NCBI GenBank assembly: GCA_041242255.1
Contig: JBESAV010000001.1
Span: 160,001 to 224,000, forward strand
From: Candidatus Altimarinota bacterium
Lineage (GTDB): Bacteria; Patescibacteriota; Gracilibacteria; UBA1369; GCA-2718715
Reading direction: 5' to 3'
DNA length: 64,000 bases
Shown here: one piece after another, positions 58,920 to 64,000 of the stretch
Position numbering within the stretch: the stretch's first letter is position 1
Layout: each line of letters starts with the position of its first letter
Made by a program: the position numbers and the translations under genes
The notes under the pieces: model-generated
Seen by the model: only the letters and a program-made list of their open reading frames with translations
What the model was told of the DNA's origin: nothing
Database searches by the model: none

Positions 58920-60407
58920 TTGCCTACTTTAATTCTCTTTCCTCATCAACTCTTTCAGTTAACAACAATCGGATATTCACACGACTATACAGATATAGTT
59001 TTGGTTGAACATCCTTTATTCTTTAAGGATGAAAAGTATCCTCTTAATTTTCACAAGAAAAAACTACTCCTACACAGAGCTTCTATGCAAGCTTACCAAG
59101 ATTACTTAAAAACCTACGACAAAAAAGTAACCTACCTTCCCTATTCCAAAGTTAAATCAATCGGAAGCACTTTCCAAGAACTCTCAAAAATATCCAAAGA
59201 ATTTATTTATTTTGATCCAGTAGATTTCATATTATCCAAAAGAATCAAAAAATATTCCCAAAAGTACGATCTAAATTTAAAGCAACTCGACACCCCATAC
59301 TTCCTAAATACCTCTAAAGAGAATCAAGATTACTTCGCCAAAAATAAGTTTTATCAGCACAAGTTTTATATTCATCAAAGGAAGAAGTTTGAAATCCTCC
59401 TCGAGCCAGATGGGTCGCCTACAGGCGGAAAATGGTCTTTTGATGCAGATAACAGAAAAAAACTTCCTAAAAAAATAGACCTCCCACCAATTCCTAATTT
59501 TTCCAAAGACAATAAAGAGTATATTCAAGAAGCAAAAGACTATATTCAGGAAAATTTCCCAGATAATCCTGGATCAGTAGACAATTTCTTCTATCCAATT
59601 ACACATACTCAAGCCAAAAAGTCTTTATCCGATTTCTTAGAGAATCGTATTGAAAAATTCGGAGATTACGAAGATGCCATCAGCCCAGACCAAAATTTTA
59701 TATTTCATTCAATTCTAAGTGCCCCTATCAACATCGGGCTGCTAACTCCTCAAGAGGTTTTAGATGAAACACTCGAGTTCCACTCAAAGCACAAAATCCC
59801 TCTCAACTGTCTAGAGGGATTCGTTAGGCAAATCGTAAGCTGGCGCGAATTTATGAGAGCTACTTACGAACTTAAAGGAGTTGAGATTCGTAATTCTAAC
59901 TTCTGGAAACATAAAAGAAAAATACCTAAATCATTCTATTCAGCCTCCACTGGCATAGAACCAATAGACAATACTATTCAAAAAGTTCTCCAAAACGCCT
60001 ACTCCCATCACATCGAAAGGTTGATGGTTCTAGGAAACTTCATGTGTCTCTGTGAATTTGATCCAGAAGAAGTTTATAAATGGTTCATGGAGTTATTCAT
60101 TGATGCTTATGATTGGGTGATGGTTACCAACGTATACTCTATGAGTCAGTTCGCTGATGGCGGCCTTATAACGACTAAACCTTATATCAGTTCTTCCAAC
60201 TACATCAAAAAAATGAGTAGCTACAAAAAGGGTGAGTGGGAAGAAACATGGACCGGTCTATATTGGCATTTTATAAATAAACATAAAAAGTTTTTCCAAA
60301 ATAATTATCGTCTCAAGATGATGGCTTCCTTACTGGATCGAATGGATAAAGATAAACTAGAAAAACATCTCAAAACAGCAAAGTCATTCCTAAAAAATAT
60401 TGACTAG
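58920..60407 (+). CDS. Cryptochrome/photolyase family protein, bacterial (6-4) photolyase-like
   Basis: FHKKKL, GGKWSFDADNR, FGDYEDA, EGFVRQIVSWREF, HHIERLM, DAYDWV, TKPYISS. Confidence 0.9.
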   Translation: MPTLILFPHQLFQLTTIGYSHDYTDIVLVEHPLFFKDEKYPLNFHKKKLLLHRASMQAYQDYLKTYDKKVTYLPYSKVKSIGSTFQELSKISKEFIYFDPVDFILSKRIKKYSQKYDLNLKQLDTPYFLNTSKENQDYFAKNKFYQHKFYIHQRKKFEILLEPDGSPTGGKWSFDADNRKKLPKKIDLPPIPNFSKDNKEYIQEAKDYIQENFPDNPGSVDNFFYPITHTQAKKSLSDFLENRIEKFGDYEDAISPDQNFIFHSILSAPINIGLLTPQEVLDETLEFHSKHKIPLNCLEGFVRQIVSWREFMRATYELKGVEIRNSNFWKHKRKIPKSFYSASTGIEPIDNTIQKVLQNAYSHHIERLMVLGNFMCLCEFDPEEVYKWFMELFIDAYDWVMVTNVYSMSQFADGGLITTKPYISSSNYIKKMSSYKKGEWEETWTGLYWHFINKHKKFFQNNYRLKMMASLLDRMDKDKLEKHLKTAKSFLKNID

Positions 60408-60444
60408 ATCTCTCAACTAAACTATGGTGAGTATACACTCACTA
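60400..60444 (+). promoter_or_regulatory. umuDC promoter with overlapping palindromic operator candidate
   Basis: TTGACT(60400)-17 bp-TATGGT(60423); GTGAGT-ATAC-ACTCAC at 60427-60442. Confidence 0.6.
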
Positions 60445-60456
60445 ACAACCAACAAC

Positions 60457-60918
60457 ATGTATAACACGCAAACAATAACTCTAAACCCTTTCCAGTTAAA
60501 GGAAAAAGAGTCCAAATACAAAATCCCTTTATATTCTGACTCAGTTAAAGCTGGCTTCCCATCCCCTGCTGAAGATACAGTCTCTCAACGTCTTGATATA
60601 AATGACTTATTGATCCAAAACCCAAACTCAACTTTTTTCTTAAAGGTGGCCGGAGACTCCATGCAAAATGCAGGTATATTTGAAGGTAATATCTTAGTCG
60701 TAGATAAGTCTGTAACCCCATCCTCAGGAGATATAGTTATTGCTTCTGTAAACGGTGATTTCACTGTTAAAAGACTACTTGTAAACAGACAGGGTGGATT
60801 AAATGCACCAAGGTATTACTTAATTCCAGAAAATAAGAAGTACAAACCAATTCCAATCACAAGATACACTGATTTTGAAGTTTGGGGTGTTGTAAAAGCC
60901 AACATCAGTCAACTCTAA
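60457..60918 (+). CDS. umuD: DNA polymerase V subunit UmuD (S24 peptidase)
   Basis: AGFPSPA cleavage site, GDSM catalytic Ser, FTVKRL catalytic Lys. Confidence 0.93.
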   Translation: MYNTQTITLNPFQLKEKESKYKIPLYSDSVKAGFPSPAEDTVSQRLDINDLLIQNPNSTFFLKVAGDSMQNAGIFEGNILVVDKSVTPSSGDIVIASVNGDFTVKRLLVNRQGGLNAPRYYLIPENKKYKPIPITRYTDFEVWGVVKANISQL

Positions 60919-62216
60919 TGATTATAAAGCCATTCACGGAAGTATTAGCTTTAGTGGATTGTAATAACTTTTTCGTTTCTTGCGAACGAATCTTCCGACC
61001 AGACCTTAAGCAAAAGCCAGTCGCAGTCCTATCCAACAATGATGGCTGCTTCATAGCTCGCTCTCAAGAGGTAAAAGATTTGGGTATACCCATGGGTGCT
61101 CCCTACTTCAAATACAAAGATATAGTAGAGAAAAACAACGTAACTTTCTTTTCAGCCAATTTCTCCTTATATGGAGAAATATCCCGACGCATCATGTCTT
61201 CTCTACACTCATACTCTCCTTCGGTAGAAGTGTATTCAATTGATGAGGCTTTTCTTGATCTATCTTTTGTTCCAAAAGAGGATTTAGATATTTATTCCAA
61301 AGAAATAACAGAATCCATTTATCAGTCTATCGGGGTTCCTATTTCAATAGGAGTAGCACCGACAAAGACATTAGCTAAGCTTATGTCAGAGCAGGCAAAA
61401 AAGTTAAAGACTCCATGTAAGTCCTATTACTCTTATTCTGAAGAGGAACTAAATAATATTTTCTCAAAAACTCCAGTCCAAGAAGTTTGGGGAGTTGGTG
61501 GTAAAAAGTCATCTAAATTAAAAGAATATAATATTTACACAGTCCAAGACTTGCTAGAGGCAAACCAGCATTTCATCCGTAAGAAATTTACAGTTGTAAC
61601 CGAGAGAACCTATTTAGAATTAAAAGGTGTTTCCTGTATGCAAGTAGATGATGTAATTACCAAAAAAAAGAACATACTTAGCTCAAGGTCGTTTGGACAA
61701 CCTGTTACAAGCCTCCAAGCACTTCAAGAATCAGTTTCAAGTTATATAGAAACCGCAGCAAGAAAGTTAAGGGATCAAAATCAAAAAGCCAGTTATCTAT
61801 CTGTATTCTTAAAGACAAGCAAGTTCCAGCCTCACAAACCAGATCTAGCCTATAGAAGCTTCTCTAAGGGTGCTATGCTCCCCTATCCAACAAGCAGTAC
61901 AAGCACATTAGTTCACCATTCAAAATCTCTTTTAAGATCCATTTACCAATCAGATATAAGGTATAAAAAAAGCGGGGTTTTCCTTAGCCAGCTTCAAGAG
62001 AACCTAGCTACTCAAACAAGTTTCATTTACAATACCGATAGAGAGGAAAATTCTGATAAGTTATTCAAAAAAATTGATCAAATCAATAAACAGTATGGTA
62101 AAAATACTATTCAGCTCGCTTCCTCTGGCTTAAAATCAAGTAGTTGGAAAATGCGCCGCAATAAGGTATCACCAGACTACTTATCTGATTGGAAACAAAT
62201 CCCAAAAGTAAAATGA
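60918..62216 (+). CDS. umuC: DNA polymerase V catalytic subunit UmuC (Y-family)
   Basis: DCNNFFVSCE, VLSNNDGC, YSIDEAF, SRSFG, YKKSGV, W-MRR---SP; TAATG coupling to umuD. Confidence 0.94.
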   Translation: MIIKPFTEVLALVDCNNFFVSCERIFRPDLKQKPVAVLSNNDGCFIARSQEVKDLGIPMGAPYFKYKDIVEKNNVTFFSANFSLYGEISRRIMSSLHSYSPSVEVYSIDEAFLDLSFVPKEDLDIYSKEITESIYQSIGVPISIGVAPTKTLAKLMSEQAKKLKTPCKSYYSYSEEELNNIFSKTPVQEVWGVGGKKSSKLKEYNIYTVQDLLEANQHFIRKKFTVVTERTYLELKGVSCMQVDDVITKKKNILSSRSFGQPVTSLQALQESVSSYIETAARKLRDQNQKASYLSVFLKTSKFQPHKPDLAYRSFSKGAMLPYPTSSTSTLVHHSKSLLRSIYQSDIRYKKSGVFLSQLQENLATQTSFIYNTDREENSDKLFKKIDQINKQYGKNTIQLASSGLKSSSWKMRRNKVSPDYLSDWKQIPKVK

Positions 62217-62359
62217 CCGAAACTAAAATCTGCCCAGTCTGTAACCGCCCCTTCTCAAACAGAAAAAAATGGCGCCAAAGAAACCAGTTTGACCAGGTTA
62301 AATATTGCTCAAAAAGATGTAGAAATAAATCAAAACATGAAAAAGGAACGAATTCGTAA
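62213..62359 (+). CDS. DUF2256-like small Cys4 protein (below the ORF-track size cutoff)
   Basis: MTETKICPVCNRPFSNRKKWRQRNQFDQVKYCSKRCRNKSKHEKGTNS*; ATGA overlap with the umuC stop. Confidence 0.85.
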   Translation: MTETKICPVCNRPFSNRKKWRQRNQFDQVKYCSKRCRNKSKHEKGTNS

Positions 62360-63710
62360 ACTTAACAATAAAACAGCCCAAAAAGGACCTGTTTTGTATT
62401 GGATGGATAGAGATCGCCGAGCCCACGATAATTGGGCCTTAGTAGCTGCCATAAACACAGCTAAAGAGTATCAAGAAAGTCTCCATGTGCTTTATGTTAT
62501 TCCAGATGAATTCCTAAACGCTAATACCAGAACATACACCTTCATGTTAGATGGCTTAAAAGAGACCGCCGAAACCCTAATAGATAGAAATATACACTTT
62601 CATCTTATCCTTGGAGAACCAACAGAAAAAATACCTGAGTTCATTAAAGATCACCAAATTAAGAACCTATTTACAGATTTTACACCACTAAGGTTGCCAA
62701 GATCTTGGCGAGATAAACTTTCCAAAGACTTAGACATAGCCTTTTTTGAAGTTGATACCAGAAACATTATCCCATGTTGGGTAACCTCAGAAAAAGAAGA
62801 GTATGCTGCTAGAACAATTCGTCCCAAAATACATAAACTCATCGATGACTATTTAGATCCGCTACCAAATCTAATGACATATGATTATAACTCCAACGTA
62901 TCTACAGAAATATTCAAAACTCAAGAAATATTAGAAAAACTCCCGCTTCAAGAGATACCAGTTGTAGAGAGTATAACTCCAGGGGAAAAAGCAGCAAAAA
63001 GACGCCTTCGATACTTTTTAGACAATCAAGTTAAAGATTATGATGACCTCCGAAATGATCCAAATGAAGACGTACTATCAGATCTATCCCCCTATCTTCA
63101 TTACGGTCAAATCTCAAGCCAATACATAACTCAAAAAGCCAGAGAGCATAAAGCAATTCATCCACACCTAGAAAACACAATAGACGCCTTTATAGAGGAG
63201 CTAGTAGTTCGTCGTGAGCTTACAGACAATTATTGCTTCTACAATCCAAATTACGACAATTTTAAAGGTTTCAAAGAGTGGGCACAAAAAACTCTCAACG
63301 ATCATCGAGATGATAAAAGAGATTATATTTATACATACGAACAATTTGAAAAAGCAGAGACTCACGATGAGTTATGGAACGCTGCACAGATTCAAATGCT
63401 AAGAGAGGGTAAAATGCATGGGTATATGAGGATGTATTGGTGTAAAAAGATCCTAGAGTGGACAGAGAGCCCAGAAAAAGCTCAGGAAATAGCTATTAAA
63501 CTAAACGATACCTATGAACTAGATGGGCGTGATCCAAATGGTTATGTTGGAGTTGCTTGGTCAATCGGAGGTGTTCACGATCGAGCTTGGACAGAAAGAG
63601 AAGTGTACGGAAAAATACGCTACATGAATTACAACGGAGCAAAAAGAAAGTTTGATGTAAAAGCCTACTCGGAAAAGTATGGCAAATACGAAAAGCAAAA
63701 ACTAATATAA
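62337..63710 (+). CDS. phr: Class II CPD DNA photolyase
   Basis: YWMDRD-R--DNWAL, EYAARTIR, LSPYLHYGQ, EELVVRREL-DN, GKMHGYMRMYW-KKILEW, DGRDPNG. Confidence 0.95.
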   Translation: MKKERIRKLNNKTAQKGPVLYWMDRDRRAHDNWALVAAINTAKEYQESLHVLYVIPDEFLNANTRTYTFMLDGLKETAETLIDRNIHFHLILGEPTEKIPEFIKDHQIKNLFTDFTPLRLPRSWRDKLSKDLDIAFFEVDTRNIIPCWVTSEKEEYAARTIRPKIHKLIDDYLDPLPNLMTYDYNSNVSTEIFKTQEILEKLPLQEIPVVESITPGEKAAKRRLRYFLDNQVKDYDDLRNDPNEDVLSDLSPYLHYGQISSQYITQKAREHKAIHPHLENTIDAFIEELVVRRELTDNYCFYNPNYDNFKGFKEWAQKTLNDHRDDKRDYIYTYEQFEKAETHDELWNAAQIQMLREGKMHGYMRMYWCKKILEWTESPEKAQEIAIKLNDTYELDGRDPNGYVGVAWSIGGVHDRAWTEREVYGKIRYMNYNGAKRKFDVKAYSEKYGKYEKQKLI

Positions 63711-63742
63711 AAAGCCAGTAGTAAAACTACCGGCTTTTTTTT
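63709..63742. terminator. Bidirectional terminator between convergent genes
   Basis: AAAAAGCCAGTAG-taaaa-CTACCGGCTTTTT. Confidence 0.8.
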
Positions 63743-63756
63743 ATCTTTCAGCTTAA

Positions 63757-64000
63757 TTAGCTGTTAGCTTCCACAGACATTTCAGCTTCAGCATCCATCA
63801 TAGAGTCATCATCCATAGATTCGTCTTCCATTTCACCTTCCATAGAATCATCATCCATAGATTCTTCTTCGTCCATCATAGAGTCTTCGTCCATAGATTC
63901 GTCTTCCATTTCACCTTCCATAGAATCATCATCCATAGATTCTTCTCCGTCCATCATAGACTCATCGTCCATAACTTCTTCTCCGTCTACAACTGGAGCT
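63757..64000 (-). CDS. C-terminal part of a protein with Met/Asp/Glu-rich tandem repeats (runs off the right edge)
   Basis: Open frame APVVDGEEVMDDESMMDGEESMDDDSMEGEMEDESM...EANS*; 78-bp (26-aa) repeat unit. Confidence 0.8.
   Translation of the reverse strand, partial: APVVDGEEVMDDESMMDGEESMDDDSMEGEMEDESMDEDSMMDEEESMDDDSMEGEMEDESMDDDSMMDAEAEMSVEANS

Noticed and set aside
1-64000. Alternative genetic code (UGA=Gly), prophage, IS elements or defence island
   Set aside because: Conserved genes are full-length under code 11, several end in TGA and RF2 is present; no integrase, transposase, phage structural or cas genes were recognised.

Overview
AT-rich bacterial chromosome segment using genetic code 11: TGA acts as a stop and RF2 is present. 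It looks like a Patescibacteria/CPR genome, inferred from SD-less A-rich translation starts, a CPR-type pilin and SLH-domain surface proteins. Housekeeping content: HU, pheST, a sufCBDSU operon broken up by inserted genes, murJ, topA, rpiA, tRNA-Asp, rpsP-khpA, ftsAZ, def, prfB, rnj, dnaN, mfd and tmRNA. A strong oriC candidate (DnaA boxes, DnaA-trios, AT-rich element) lies upstream of dnaN, with no dnaA next to it. The right end holds a UV/oxidative-repair cluster: yaaA, an Fe-S-less (6-4)-type photolyase, umuDC with an unfamiliar palindromic operator, DUF2256 and a class II CPD photolyase. Best leads for new biology: (1) a translationally coupled flippase / active-site-divergent MurD-like ligase / glutamine amidotransferase operon; (2) a fused lytic-transglycosylase + M15-peptidase lipoprotein; (3) a compositionally foreign M23 peptidase bounded by 11-bp inverted repeats; (4) the umuDC operator; (5) the dnaA-less origin. 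All functional calls come from motif recognition by eye. No database search was run.
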